Source of the DNA: an uncultured virus (IMG/VR IMGVR_UViG_3300020180_000011)
Taxonomy: Duplodnaviria; Heunggongvirae; Uroviricota; Caudoviricetes
Length of the DNA stretch: 59,909 nt
IMG/VR virus record: IMGVR_UViG_3300020180_000011
Reading direction: 5' to 3' (one strand)
The translations under genes and the position numbers were made by a program. A model generated the notes under the pieces. The model did not search any database and was not told where the DNA came from. It was given only the letters and a program-made list of their open reading frames with translations. Of this stretch, positions 1 through 9,203 are shown one piece after another. Position 1 is the first letter of the stretch, and the number at the start of each line of letters is the position of its first letter.

Positions 1-413
1 TCTTTAGGGGTACTATAGCTAATGAACACTGTCTCATCGTGACCGACACCGCATAATCTACCTGTACCCTCATTTACCCTTAGGTCGTAGCAAACTATAT
101 CAGACCTAGTATACAAATCTGAGCGCAAGTAGCTACTTATTACTGTAAATTCTATATCTGCAAAATAGGGCGAACCCTTTACTTTAGTACCGAGTAAATG
201 AGAGACATGTATACCAGACTTACTAGCTAGCTCATCTGGCACTAAAGTTGCTGCTATAGAGATATCAATGCTCTTTTGTTTGGTGTCTGTCTTTTGTATA
301 CTAGTATCGTACTCAGAAATTAGATAGTAGTCTTTACTTATTTGTACTACTTTGTAAGTCTTAGAGTTTGCTAGCCAGGTAACTATCTCACCTAGCGAGA
401 ATTGTTTGTACAT
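1..413 (-). CDS. Hypothetical protein, partial (runs off window)
   Basis: Manually translated frame from ATG at 413 (MYKQFSLGEIVTW...) is open to the window edge; lies downstream of the promoter at 505-533. Confidence 0.75.
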   Translation of the reverse strand, partial: MYKQFSLGEIVTWLANSKTYKVVQISKDYYLISEYDTSIQKTDTKQKSIDISIAATLVPDELASKSGIHVSHLLGTKVKGSPYFADIEFTVISSYLRSDLYTRSDIVCYDLRVNEGTGRLCGVGHDETVFISYSTPK

Positions 414-504
414 GATAGAACCTAGACGAGTGTTGCTTCGCAGTTAATTTATCTATGTATCACTAGCGCTCCGTTTCAGACTGTGCTAGATGCCTGCTTA
501 TGGC

Positions 505-533
505 AGTTTAAGGCGAATCCGGTGTCTTGTCAA
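505..533 (-). promoter_or_regulatory. Sigma70-type promoter
   Basis: TTGACA-N17-TAAACT on the minus strand. Confidence 0.7.
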
Positions 534-729
534 GTGCCGTGTTATACCGTTTGTAAAATAATCCTAAAGATACGTCATTTTCATATCGAATAGAAAGCTC
601 ATCTAAGGGACTAAGCTCGGTAGAAAACAGTTTGTACAATGCATGACCATCCATATCGGTGTAGACATTGATTATTTTGTAGACTACACCAAAAATCTGA
701 AACTCTTGACCTATCTTAAAAGCAGGCAT
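508..729 (-). CDS. Hypothetical protein
   Basis: ORF track; GGAGG RBS upstream; MPAFKIGQ start resembles the neighbouring F-x-[IL]-G-[EQ] start. Confidence 0.7.
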   Translation of the reverse strand: MPAFKIGQEFQIFGVVYKIINVYTDMDGHALYKLFSTELSPLDELSIRYENDVSLGLFYKRYNTALDKTPDSP

Positions 730-731
730 AT

Positions 732-911
732 CTAATCCTCCAAATACTCTACTGAACCTACGGTATTGCCGTTATAATCTTTTAACTTAGTAGGCTTATA
801 TCCCTGTCCAATGTCTTTAGCAAGACAACGTAAAATCCTAGCTACCTCACTATCTAAGTCATCTTCATAAAAAGCTTCATTGTTGGTGTTAATACTTACA
901 TCTATCCGCAT
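732..911 (-). CDS. Small conserved phage protein (59 aa, missed by ORF track)
   Basis: MRIDVSINTNNEAFYEDDLDSEVARILR...LKDYNGNTVG; pattern recognised from small phage early proteins. Confidence 0.7.
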   Translation of the reverse strand: MRIDVSINTNNEAFYEDDLDSEVARILRCLAKDIGQGYKPTKLKDYNGNTVGSVEYLED

Positions 912-925
912 GTTTTCTACCGTGG

Positions 926-1171
926 TTACTCCTGTATTGGTGAACGCATGTTTCTATACTGCTGCATCTCTTTAGCCCATTTAACACCTAAAGCGTACGG
1001 TACAAAACTAATAGGTTTATCGTCATAGTTTGTAGGGACACATCGAAACTTAGCCATTCCACCAAGCTCTAGCTCATCATGGGAACTGATAATATTCTGA
1101 ATATTTCTTTTATGCCTAATTTGTCTATACCCGTGTATCCACTTCAAGTTTTTTCTAGTAGAGCGAGACAT
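926..1171 (-). CDS. Hypothetical basic protein
   Basis: ORF track; AGGA RBS. Confidence 0.6.
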   Translation of the reverse strand: MSRSTRKNLKWIHGYRQIRHKRNIQNIISSHDELELGGMAKFRCVPTNYDDKPISFVPYALGVKWAKEMQQYRNMRSPIQE

Positions 1172-1266
1172 GGCTTCCTGTGAATTACTTAGTTAACTTA
1201 AGCTTAACTAACGCCAACGGGCTCTATGTTAATATGTAGATAGAATTTTTAACTATAAACTTAGAG

Positions 1267-2145
1267 ATGACTGCATTAGCTAAACTCAATGATTATCTAG
1301 CTTTAATTGATACTCAGATAGTAGCAACTGAGGATATCTCTAAGTTAGAGTACTTAGTGGCGCATAGGGCCAATGTCCAGAGCGCTATCGCTGCACCTAC
1401 TCCTGTAACTATTGCTGGAGGAGTAAGTATTGACCTGTCTGTAGTATCAGAGGAAATTCAGCAAGCTACTAACCTACAAAATGTAGGAACTAATTTAGGT
1501 AATATATCCACTAACACTACAGGACTTATTGATGCAGTCACTTCTGCCAAAGGAGCAGGAGTAACAAACGCTACTACACTGCGTACCGTACTAGCTGATA
1601 ACACTTTTTTGTATACTCTGCTAGGTGAGCTAGCTGATGCTGCAAGTGTCACTGGAAGTCATAACGCTAAACTACGATTTATTGGTGAGCGACTAGCTGC
1701 TATCCTTGCTACTCCGTTACCTGTAGCCTCTGTAAGCGATAGTAATCTACTAAATGCGCTATCTGGCATCAATACTCAAACCCAGGCTGTAAAGACTGCG
1801 GTAGATGCCACTGTAAGACCCATTCCTTTAACGTACCGAGCACTGGGAACTGCGGTTACTGCGACTATCAAATCAGGAAGTACTCAACTACATGCTCTGT
1901 CAGCTACTAACCTAGCTACAGCAACTAGATACTTGATGCTATTTAATTCAACTGGAAGTACTAGTACTCCTGTAATGTCGTATCCTGTGTTTGGTAATAA
2001 CGGCTTCACTGTTTTAGATAATGAATATTTTGCAGCTACCTATCAGCTTTTTTCTACCGGGTTGACTTACGCTTTCTCTGTGCAACCTCTAGTGTATGAA
2101 GCAGCTACGTCAACAGAATGTATTATCGAGGCTAGATATATCTAA
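1267..2145 (+). CDS. Putative virion structural protein
   Basis: Thr/Ala/Ser-rich with beta-rich C-terminus; first gene of a tightly coupled + operon; extended -10 TGtTAATAT upstream. Confidence 0.6.
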   Translation: MTALAKLNDYLALIDTQIVATEDISKLEYLVAHRANVQSAIAAPTPVTIAGGVSIDLSVVSEEIQQATNLQNVGTNLGNISTNTTGLIDAVTSAKGAGVTNATTLRTVLADNTFLYTLLGELADAASVTGSHNAKLRFIGERLAAILATPLPVASVSDSNLLNALSGINTQTQAVKTAVDATVRPIPLTYRALGTAVTATIKSGSTQLHALSATNLATATRYLMLFNSTGSTSTPVMSYPVFGNNGFTVLDNEYFAATYQLFSTGLTYAFSVQPLVYEAATSTECIIEARYI

Positions 2146-2408
2146 TGTCAGGCGCATTCAAACAAGATAGCGGTACAGTTACTCCTCCTTATCAAGCTAC
2201 GTTTACTCAGGCAGATATTACTGTAGCAAATATCTATCCTCTCATTCATGGATTAGATGGGTATCCTTCAGGCATTACTGTCTGGGATAGCTTTGGTCAA
2301 GTAATGGGGCCAGACAATATTGAGAATGTGTCCATCAATACCGCTAGTGTTTACTTAACGTCATTTGTACCTATTGTAGGAACATGGACAGTCTCTGCTA
2401 CTCTGTAA
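2145..2408 (+). CDS. Small virion/tail-fibre-associated protein
   Basis: HGL...ITVWD...G.W.V module also present at the C-terminus of the next gene. Confidence 0.6.
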   Translation: MSGAFKQDSGTVTPPYQATFTQADITVANIYPLIHGLDGYPSGITVWDSFGQVMGPDNIENVSINTASVYLTSFVPIVGTWTVSATL

Positions 2409-2424
2409 TAAATAGGTAATTAAA

Positions 2425-3462
2425 ATGCGTGAAGGTTTAAAAGAGTTTTTAGGTTTAGGTGTAAGGTATTTTAGAAATGCTACAGCTAGTACTTTTGTAG
2501 GTCTAAGAGGGCCTCAAGCAGGCGACCCCGCTACTAGCTTTAATATCACATTGCCTCAAGCACTGCCTGCAGGAAGCCCTGAGGCTATGTTTATAAGTAG
2601 CTCTGGTGTAATCACTACCGCTGCCGCAGGTGGTGGTGGAAGCGTCACCAGTGTAGCTTTGAGTGTGCCTAGCATCTTATCAGTATCAGGAAGTCCTATT
2701 ACTTCTACAGGTACGCTAGCAGTGTCGTTAGCTACTCAAACAGCTAACACGGTATTTGCTGGGGCTGTATCTGACGGTGCAGCTACTCCTGCATTTAGGT
2801 CTTTGGTATATGCTGATATCTCTGCACTAGCTGGAGTAACGTCTACTACATTTGCAGTAGGTAACGATAGCAGATTTCACACTCGTAACGCAGACACAGG
2901 CACAACTAATGTGACCTTTGCTGTAGATAGTGGTGGAACTGGCCTACTCCTAAAAAATAATGCTGGAGCACTACAATTACGTAACCTAGCTGATAATGCT
3001 TTTGCCGATATTGAAGTGAATAACCTCTTAGTTAGAGGCACTACTACTACAATCAACTCAGAAACTCTTACAGTTGATGACAACATAATTGTCTTAAATA
3101 ACAATGTATCTTCAGGAACTCCTACAGAAAATGGAGGAATTGAAGTTCGTAGAGGAGCATCTACTTCAGCTACGGTATTGTGGAACGAATCTACCGACAT
3201 CTGGGAAGCTGGATTAGTTGGCGCTACTGCACCTGTTGCTCGTACTCACAGACGTACTTTAGTGAATGGTGATTTAACTGCAGGAACAGTAGCAATCACT
3301 CATGGGTTAGGTCAACAATATCTAGATGTTACAGTAGTGGATAACACGGGTAAGAAAGTAATCCCTGACGAGATTACTTACACCAATAGCACATCTTATT
3401 CGTTAGATGTCACATCTTTCGGTGCTATTACAGGAACTTGGAACATTTTAACTGTAGGCTAA
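2425..3462 (+). CDS. Tail fibre-like protein
   Basis: GSVTSVALS..GSPITSTGTL repeat and GTTTTINS..LTVDDNIIVLN..GGIEVRRG..WNES.D.W motifs typical of phage fibres. Confidence 0.75.
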   Translation: MREGLKEFLGLGVRYFRNATASTFVGLRGPQAGDPATSFNITLPQALPAGSPEAMFISSSGVITTAAAGGGGSVTSVALSVPSILSVSGSPITSTGTLAVSLATQTANTVFAGAVSDGAATPAFRSLVYADISALAGVTSTTFAVGNDSRFHTRNADTGTTNVTFAVDSGGTGLLLKNNAGALQLRNLADNAFADIEVNNLLVRGTTTTINSETLTVDDNIIVLNNNVSSGTPTENGGIEVRRGASTSATVLWNESTDIWEAGLVGATAPVARTHRRTLVNGDLTAGTVAITHGLGQQYLDVTVVDNTGKKVIPDEITYTNSTSYSLDVTSFGAITGTWNILTVG

Positions 3463-3466
3463 TTTA

Positions 3467-3892
3467 ATGAGACAAGGTACACCTAGTTTTACGGTAGTAT
3501 CCGCAGCAAGAGCAGCATTAGATGCTCAACAGGCTCTTGTAAATATCACTGCGGCACAAGGACTAAACGACCAAGGACTGCAGCGATACTCTATAGTCTC
3601 GGAAGAAGTTACCACAACTACGTATACTTTCGTAGCTGCAGATAACGGTAAACAAAAAATATTTACTGCTGCAACTGCAATCACTGCAACACTCCCTAGC
3701 GGATTACCTGCGGGGTTTAATTGTTTGGTCGCACAGTCTGCCGCTGGTCAAGTTACGGTGGCTGCTGGCGGTAGTGTCACTGTGGTCAATCGTCAATCTC
3801 AGTTCAAAACAGCAGGACAACATGCTGTTATTTCTATTCTTCCTAGACTTACCACTAACGATTATCGAATACTCGGGGATACTGCAGCATAA
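3467..3892 (+). CDS. Tail fibre-associated protein
   Basis: TYTFVAADNGK...ITATLP..LPAGF...Q..AGQVT fibre module. Confidence 0.65.
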   Translation: MRQGTPSFTVVSAARAALDAQQALVNITAAQGLNDQGLQRYSIVSEEVTTTTYTFVAADNGKQKIFTAATAITATLPSGLPAGFNCLVAQSAAGQVTVAAGGSVTVVNRQSQFKTAGQHAVISILPRLTTNDYRILGDTAA

Positions 3893-3893
3893 C

Positions 3894-4214
3894 ATGTCAC
3901 TAACACAAGAGCAACAAGACCAGAATCAGCAAGCATTGCTCAATGACCAAAGAGAGCATTTTAGGGAAGCATCTAGGTTAGCTAGAGCAGCTACAGATTT
4001 GTTAGGTGATGTGGATAAGTATTTGCTAGTTTCAAGTAAGAAAGGATATTTGCTTACAGGTATTAATCAAGTTACAAACGATAGTTTGGTGGGGTTTGCT
4101 TTTGATGCTGCCGCCTATCATACCTTCATATCTGCTATTGCAGCTATTGCAGAAATGGCTAAATCTGCAGAAGTTGATTGGACTAGTAAAATTGCTCCTC
4201 TTGTGAAAGTATAA
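3894..4214 (+). CDS. Hypothetical protein (start revised to MSLTQEQQ)
   Basis: ATG directly after the upstream stop; avoids a long overlap. Confidence 0.65.
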   Translation: MSLTQEQQDQNQQALLNDQREHFREASRLARAATDLLGDVDKYLLVSSKKGYLLTGINQVTNDSLVGFAFDAAAYHTFISAIAAIAEMAKSAEVDWTSKIAPLVKV

Positions 4215-4216
4215 TA

Positions 4217-5035
4217 ATGTTACCAGCGTTTCGCGCAGCTTTAATATATCCCACTACAGCCAGCTACAGGGCGGATACCCAAGCATGGTTAGACGTGGCA
4301 ACGGGCAACTATAGCACGGCTGAACGGCAGGCTCTTGACGCGCTGCTAGGGGGGTTTGCCACTGATGGGATATTGTCCTTTGATAGGCTGTACCTACTTC
4401 AGTTTGGAGATAATGCAGCGGATTCTCTGCGATGTATTGTGAGCCTGCAAAGTGCTACTAGCTCGGGTTCAACTCCGCCTGTATTCACTAGGCGACAGGG
4501 ATGGCGGGGAAATACTTCCACAGGCTTTATAAATACAAATTGGGCACCGTCTACCGGAGTTAATTTTACTCAGAACAATGCTTCTATTGGGTGTTATTTG
4601 CGTGAGAACTCGACATCTCTAAACACATTTAGGGCTTTAATGGGATGCGTCAATGCATCCAACACAAACGGTTGCTCTCTTAACATTCAGTCCGGGAACG
4701 TCGATACAGCGTTTCGACTCAATCTAACGGGCACCCTTAACCAGGTAGCGTCTACGATTGTTCCTGCGGCAGGTAGCTACAGTTCAATTAGCCGCGCCTC
4801 AAGCTCTGAAATGATTGGGCGCAGAGACAGCACTGAGCTAGCCATTGCATCAACGTCGTCAGGTTTGTGTACCTTAAATATGTTCCTAGTCGCACGGAAT
4901 GCCAACGGTACGAGAGACGGGCAAGGGAACCATCAGATGTCAATGGCTCATGCAGGTGCCGCTCAAACAACAGCCCAGAACGCCAGCTTCAGAAGCCGAA
5001 TGAATACGTTTCACACTGCTATCGGGTTTAGCTAG
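4217..5035 (+). CDS. Putative tail tip/receptor-binding (lectin-like) protein
   Basis: GWRGN.STGFINTNWAP...FTQNNASIGCY beta-sandwich-like pattern; elevated GC. Confidence 0.55.
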   Translation: MLPAFRAALIYPTTASYRADTQAWLDVATGNYSTAERQALDALLGGFATDGILSFDRLYLLQFGDNAADSLRCIVSLQSATSSGSTPPVFTRRQGWRGNTSTGFINTNWAPSTGVNFTQNNASIGCYLRENSTSLNTFRALMGCVNASNTNGCSLNIQSGNVDTAFRLNLTGTLNQVASTIVPAAGSYSSISRASSSEMIGRRDSTELAIASTSSGLCTLNMFLVARNANGTRDGQGNHQMSMAHAGAAQTTAQNASFRSRMNTFHTAIGFS

Positions 5036-5933
5036 GTTTTTGTAATAAAGTAGCTACTCTATACACTCCCTCTTTGTGCGCAATAGCTACGGGCACAATA
5101 GTTTTTTCTGTCTGAATACTAGATAGCATTAAGTGGGGGTTAAAGTTAGTTAAAAAATCATAACTGTCTTTGGATATATACTTGTCACCTACTTGTATTA
5201 CTTCGGCATTGTCAGGCATCGCTACTACTTCCAGTGATGCGGTGTTGTATATGCTGATAGTTTTGTTAAATACATAATCATCTGTCCTATTTTCTGGGAT
5301 ACTATACATTAGGCAGTTAACGACTACATCAAACTCTTTGGTTATGCTACTAACAAAACTAATAGTGTCCTCAGATGTTCGTACCTCTGTCTTATCTTTT
5401 ACAAACTTAGCTACAAAGGACATGTAGCTTTTATTGCATAGGATATCCATACTACCTATCAAAGTATCCGAGGTGTATTGGATTTGGTCACACTCAATAT
5501 TTGAAGAGAAAGTTTTACCGCTAGACGATACTTCTGTATAAGGAAATCGCCTAAAGTTTAACGCAGTAATAAAGTTATGTAGCAAGGAGTAGTCAGGATT
5601 TACAGAACGCACAGTTGTTTGCGGAAACATAAAACTACCAATGCTCCTATCCACACTAAAGCCATCAGAAGACTCCGGTAGAAAAAAGCCTATCTCTCGT
5701 ATAGCGCCGAGAGTAGAGTCTTTGAGACTTTTAATTAGGTCAACATCTAGCTTGTATGTTTTTCTAGCGGTATGTCCTATGTGTAACTCATCCCAACGAT
5801 AGTAAATCTCTCTGTCTGTGTCTGTAACTACACTAAGCTCGGTAGCGTCTGATGTGTTGGTAATGTAGTACTCAGCAGTATTGATATTGGTAAAATTCTT
5901 AACTACTCTGTAAAGCTTTTCTGCATCGTACAT
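5028..5933 (-). CDS. Hypothetical protein
   Basis: 301-aa ORF coupled to the upstream gene. Confidence 0.7.
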   Translation of the reverse strand: MYDAEKLYRVVKNFTNINTAEYYITNTSDATELSVVTDTDREIYYRWDELHIGHTARKTYKLDVDLIKSLKDSTLGAIREIGFFLPESSDGFSVDRSIGSFMFPQTTVRSVNPDYSLLHNFITALNFRRFPYTEVSSSGKTFSSNIECDQIQYTSDTLIGSMDILCNKSYMSFVAKFVKDKTEVRTSEDTISFVSSITKEFDVVVNCLMYSIPENRTDDYVFNKTISIYNTASLEVVAMPDNAEVIQVGDKYISKDSYDFLTNFNPHLMLSSIQTEKTIVPVAIAHKEGVYRVATLLQKPS

Positions 5934-5941
5934 ACTATTAC

Positions 5942-6673
5942 CTAAAAAGGAATGTTCTCGTAAAGCTGAGCGTACTTAAGACTAGATAACTTGTTACCCA
6001 AAATGTTGCTACCACTAAAAGATGTAGTAGATATTCCCCAGTAACTATCCTCCTCGCTGTTTCCAAATAACGACACACCATACACATCTGTAAACAATAC
6101 ACCAATATAAGGCAGCTTGACTACATCAAAACTAGCATCACCTTGTAAGAACTGCAATCCTTTATCCATTACAGTATCTCGTACAGATAACCAGTTAGGT
6201 CTAATATACTCCTCCATACCTTCCCAGTGCCTCAGAGACGAGAACGGACTTAGCTGGGCGATAGTAGAACGAGTAGAGTAGTCTTGCGTCTTCATGGCGC
6301 TGTAGTAGTTGGCTAGGGACATATACTCCACACCGTCTGAAGTAACTAGAGGCTCTTTAAATTTGGTAATAAGAATATCTTGAATAGAGAACTTATTGCC
6401 ATATCCTAGATAGGTGGACAAATACATCAAATAATTATAATCAATCTCTATCTGACCCTTGTTAACAAAGTAAATGTCTTCGTCAGTTAGATAATAATCA
6501 AAGTCTTTAAGTCTATCCGTAATCACATAATCTTTGTCATTCCAATTTAGATAGATGTCCGACCATTTAGCCCTAACCTCTAGTAAACTGTCGTCAGAAG
6601 ATATATCCGATAGCTTGTCTAGCGTCTTGTAATGAGCTTTTTCTAATGTAATGCTTTTGCTGATTTTAGCCAT
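5942..6673 (-). CDS. NADAR-domain protein with N-terminal extension
   Basis: YYSAMKT, RPNW..VRD.VM, D.YWG...G.N.LG..L NADAR motifs. Confidence 0.7.
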   Translation of the reverse strand: MAKISKSITLEKAHYKTLDKLSDISSDDSLLEVRAKWSDIYLNWNDKDYVITDRLKDFDYYLTDEDIYFVNKGQIEIDYNYLMYLSTYLGYGNKFSIQDILITKFKEPLVTSDGVEYMSLANYYSAMKTQDYSTRSTIAQLSPFSSLRHWEGMEEYIRPNWLSVRDTVMDKGLQFLQGDASFDVVKLPYIGVLFTDVYGVSLFGNSEEDSYWGISTTSFSGSNILGNKLSSLKYAQLYENIPF

Positions 6674-6686
6674 AATTAGTAGTGGA

Positions 6687-6714
6687 GATAGGTAGAGTAA
6701 TGTCTACCTATCTA
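6687..6714. terminator. Hairpin downstream of rlpA
   Basis: agataggtaga-gtaatg-tctacctatct, 11-bp stem. Confidence 0.5.
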
Positions 6715-6730
6715 ATAAGGTGTACAGTTC

Positions 6731-7081
6731 TTATCGCAAACGAGTTAAAGTCACTCTAACTACTCCTGCGCTACGGCCACGCAAGACATCCATAGCTGCC
6801 CTAGACATATCAACAATGCGTCCCCCAACAAAAGGGCCTCTATCATTAATACGAACCACCACAGACCTTCCTGCACTAGTAGTTACCCTAACTCTTGTTC
6901 CGCAAGGTAACGTTCTATGTGCTGCAGTCAGTGCATGCATATTAAAAGTCTCGCCACAAGCAGTTCGTCTTCCATGATAAGGATTTCCGTACCAAGAAGC
7001 AAGTCCAGTTTGTGCCGATACAGGCAAAGCAAAGGCTAACGTAGATAGTAAAGTAACCGTAACCAATCGTAGATTAATCAT
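6731..7081 (-). CDS. rlpA: RlpA-family lytic transglycosylase (DPBB) with signal peptide
   Basis: [36 protein letters not shown]...[18 protein letters not shown]. Confidence 0.92.
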   Translation of the reverse strand: MINLRLVTVTLLSTLAFALPVSAQTGLASWYGNPYHGRRTACGETFNMHALTAAHRTLPCGTRVRVTTSAGRSVVVRINDRGPFVGGRIVDMSRAAMDVLRGRSAGVVRVTLTRLR

Positions 7082-7439
7082 AGAAAAACCTCGGTATGTG
7101 GGAAACTCAGTCTCTTTAGAGCTGAGAGGGAAACGGCACGGCGAATTTATTCGCCTACCCCCTTTCGGGGTGGAGGGGTATGGTTGCCCCTCCGTGGAGA
7201 TATGGTTGTCTCCGCCTCTTTCGAGGTGATGTTGGCTTTGACCTGTTATAAGAGCTTGTTAGACCTGCAACACTGTCTCAGTGACCTTAAGACTGTTTAA
7301 TTGCAGATGACAGAGCAGGGAACTAGCTTGATTCCAGGGTGTCGTGACTCAAATAACGTTTACTCTTTCAAGTGGTCTGGTCAGATTAGCTTGTTTGATT
7401 ACTCTTCCAAGCTCAGTCCTTTAGGGCTGGGTATCTGAC
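7082..7439 (-). mobile_element. Non-autonomous IS200/IS605 (IscB/HEARO-type) element with no ORF
   Basis: Begins GTCAGATACCCAGCCCTAAAGGACTGAGCTTG; near-identical subterminal hairpins at 7412-7431 and 7106-7126; right end abuts ATGA. Confidence 0.8.
7208..7439 (-). ncRNA. HEARO/omega RNA scaffold (stand-alone)
   Basis: HEARO-like blocks in order: GTCA..ACCC..CTAAAG..GCTT, TGACCAGAC, ACGTT, ACACCCTGGAAT..CTAGTTCC..GCTCTG, TTAAACAG..CAGTG, ATAAC..GTC.AAG..AACATCACC..GAAAG. Confidence 0.75.
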
Positions 7440-7516
7440 GTGTCCTATAGGTAACAACTTTAGCTAAACCAAAGTATACCGCAAAATGTCTTGCGTTAGA
7501 CTTAGATAAGCCGTAA

Positions 7517-7876
7517 ATGGTAACAAAAATGGAACAAGATAAGATATTAGAGGCTATAGAAAAACAAATATCAGCCATATCTAAGCAGATATCTGATTTA
7601 GCCTTGACCGAAAAAACTAACAACAACAAACAAAATAGAACTATACGAAGTCTCCGTAGCGCACAGCAAGCAATCAAATCCCTTGTAAACGTAGTAATTG
7701 CTATAGGCTCAGTCTTTGGTTTGCTTTATTATTTTAATACTACTACGCCTTTGAGTGAGCAGCAAAAAGACTTAGTTAATACAGTCATTACTGCACTTGT
7801 AGGAGGCATTGGAGTAACCAGCGCAACCAAGATAGTAGGAGGCAAATCTAGTGACGAGGACGACGAGGAAGATTAA
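7517..7876 (+). CDS. Membrane protein with coiled-coil N-terminus (possible holin-like)
   Basis: Two hydrophobic helices, acidic tail, divergent from rlpA. Confidence 0.5.
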   Translation: MVTKMEQDKILEAIEKQISAISKQISDLALTEKTNNNKQNRTIRSLRSAQQAIKSLVNVVIAIGSVFGLLYYFNTTTPLSEQQKDLVNTVITALVGGIGVTSATKIVGGKSSDEDDEED

Positions 7877-8600
7877 TTTTATTGCGGAAAATACTGTGGT
7901 CATCAGCTATATGATGCTGTGCTGCACCTATTAACCAAGAAGTAATATTGATGCTGTTAACCGTTTCTTCCCAACTTCCAGTTACTCCATCTTTCCAAAT
8001 AGTTGATACACAATTAATGTACTCTAATACAACTGCTCTAGCTTGAGTATTGGTGTATAGATTTATAGTATTAAATCCCTGTAAATCTAGTACAAAGTTG
8101 TTACGTAAAGTTAGCCTGTAATCTGATACCATTTTACCTGCAACTTTAGTAAAGCTGGATTTCTCTTTAGATACCCATAAATCAATAAATATATGAGTAC
8201 ATCTAAGAGTTTTGCTCTCTGCTATTGATTTTTCTAGCACCTTTTCAAATTGTTGCTCCCATGCAAATTGGGAAGAAGACTTATATTTGACTTCTCCTTT
8301 AGCGGTCTTTAGCTCTGCTATGTTTAATAGCAATACAAAATACAGAGATTTGGATTTAGGGGAATCAAACACCCATACTCCCCTCAAAGGAAGTTTTAGA
8401 GATTCATCACTTACCTTTTTTCTAAGGGAAGCTGACCAGTCCACCATTCCAGGATAATCAAATCTAAGAAGAGATACCATGCCAAACTCTTGCTTCTCGC
8501 TATGAAGAACTAGATTTGATTTAGCTGAAGGATTGCCTTCTAAAAGGCTAGTTATCCAGGTGTATAAATCAGTAAAGAACTTCTTTAGTCCGGTCAGCAT
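7848..8600 (-). CDS. Hypothetical protein
   Basis: 250-aa ORF. Confidence 0.65.
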   Translation of the reverse strand: MLTGLKKFFTDLYTWITSLLEGNPSAKSNLVLHSEKQEFGMVSLLRFDYPGMVDWSASLRKKVSDESLKLPLRGVWVFDSPKSKSLYFVLLLNIAELKTAKGEVKYKSSSQFAWEQQFEKVLEKSIAESKTLRCTHIFIDLWVSKEKSSFTKVAGKMVSDYRLTLRNNFVLDLQGFNTINLYTNTQARAVVLEYINCVSTIWKDGVTGSWEETVNSINITSWLIGAAQHHIADDHSIFRNKINLPRRPRH

Positions 8601-8639
8601 GGTATCTCGTCTTAGGTAGGGGCTGACATAGATTATAAC

Positions 8640-9203
8640 TTAGATGCTATGCAGTCTATTACCTCCCTGATAATGGCCGTCATACAAAGTGTCAGGAGCT
8701 TTGTCTACCTTGATAAAGTTAGCTTGTATAGCTCCTTCTAGCAAATAGAACTTAATGGGATTGGGAGTAGGGTTACTTACACCAAAAGTCAGTCGTCCCT
8801 CGTATCCTGGCTCTACTTGAGTAGAATGAGTCTTACCTCCCTGTCGAATCTCACATGTGCTCTTACCCGTAAAATTCAAGATAGTCACATCTGCTGGCAT
8901 CTTGACTAATTCTACGGTCTTCAGTAGTAAGTACTCGCCTGAGCCAATCCAGAGGTAAGTACGGCCATCTCCGTCTTGTTTGCATTGGCTCTCAATAGAA
9001 GCAGTCTCTTCGGGAGTTTGAAGTTCCCCATCTAAAGAACTTCGGAAAGTATATCCTAAAGGCTCTAGCCCATATGACCAGACTTTAGTTGTTTTGCAAG
9101 TTACGGCGTTTGTTTCAGTAGCTACTTTGATATTAATGAACGGAGTAATCAATGCAGAATCAATCGCTAGCTGTGTAATTTCTACGTCAGTTAATAGGCG
9201 CAT
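8640..9203 (-). CDS. dcd: dCTP deaminase / trimeric dUTPase-family protein
   Basis: SYGL...GY, T.E.VKMP, GKST, EPGYEGRLT, Y.GHYQ motifs. Confidence 0.8.
   Translation of the reverse strand: MRLLTDVEITQLAIDSALITPFINIKVATETNAVTCKTTKVWSYGLEPLGYTFRSSLDGELQTPEETASIESQCKQDGDGRTYLWIGSGEYLLLKTVELVKMPADVTILNFTGKSTCEIRQGGKTHSTQVEPGYEGRLTFGVSNPTPNPIKFYLLEGAIQANFIKVDKAPDTLYDGHYQGGNRLHSI

Noticed and set aside
7399..7677. 92-aa minus ORF
   Set aside because: Antisense shadow of 7517-7876 running into the IS end
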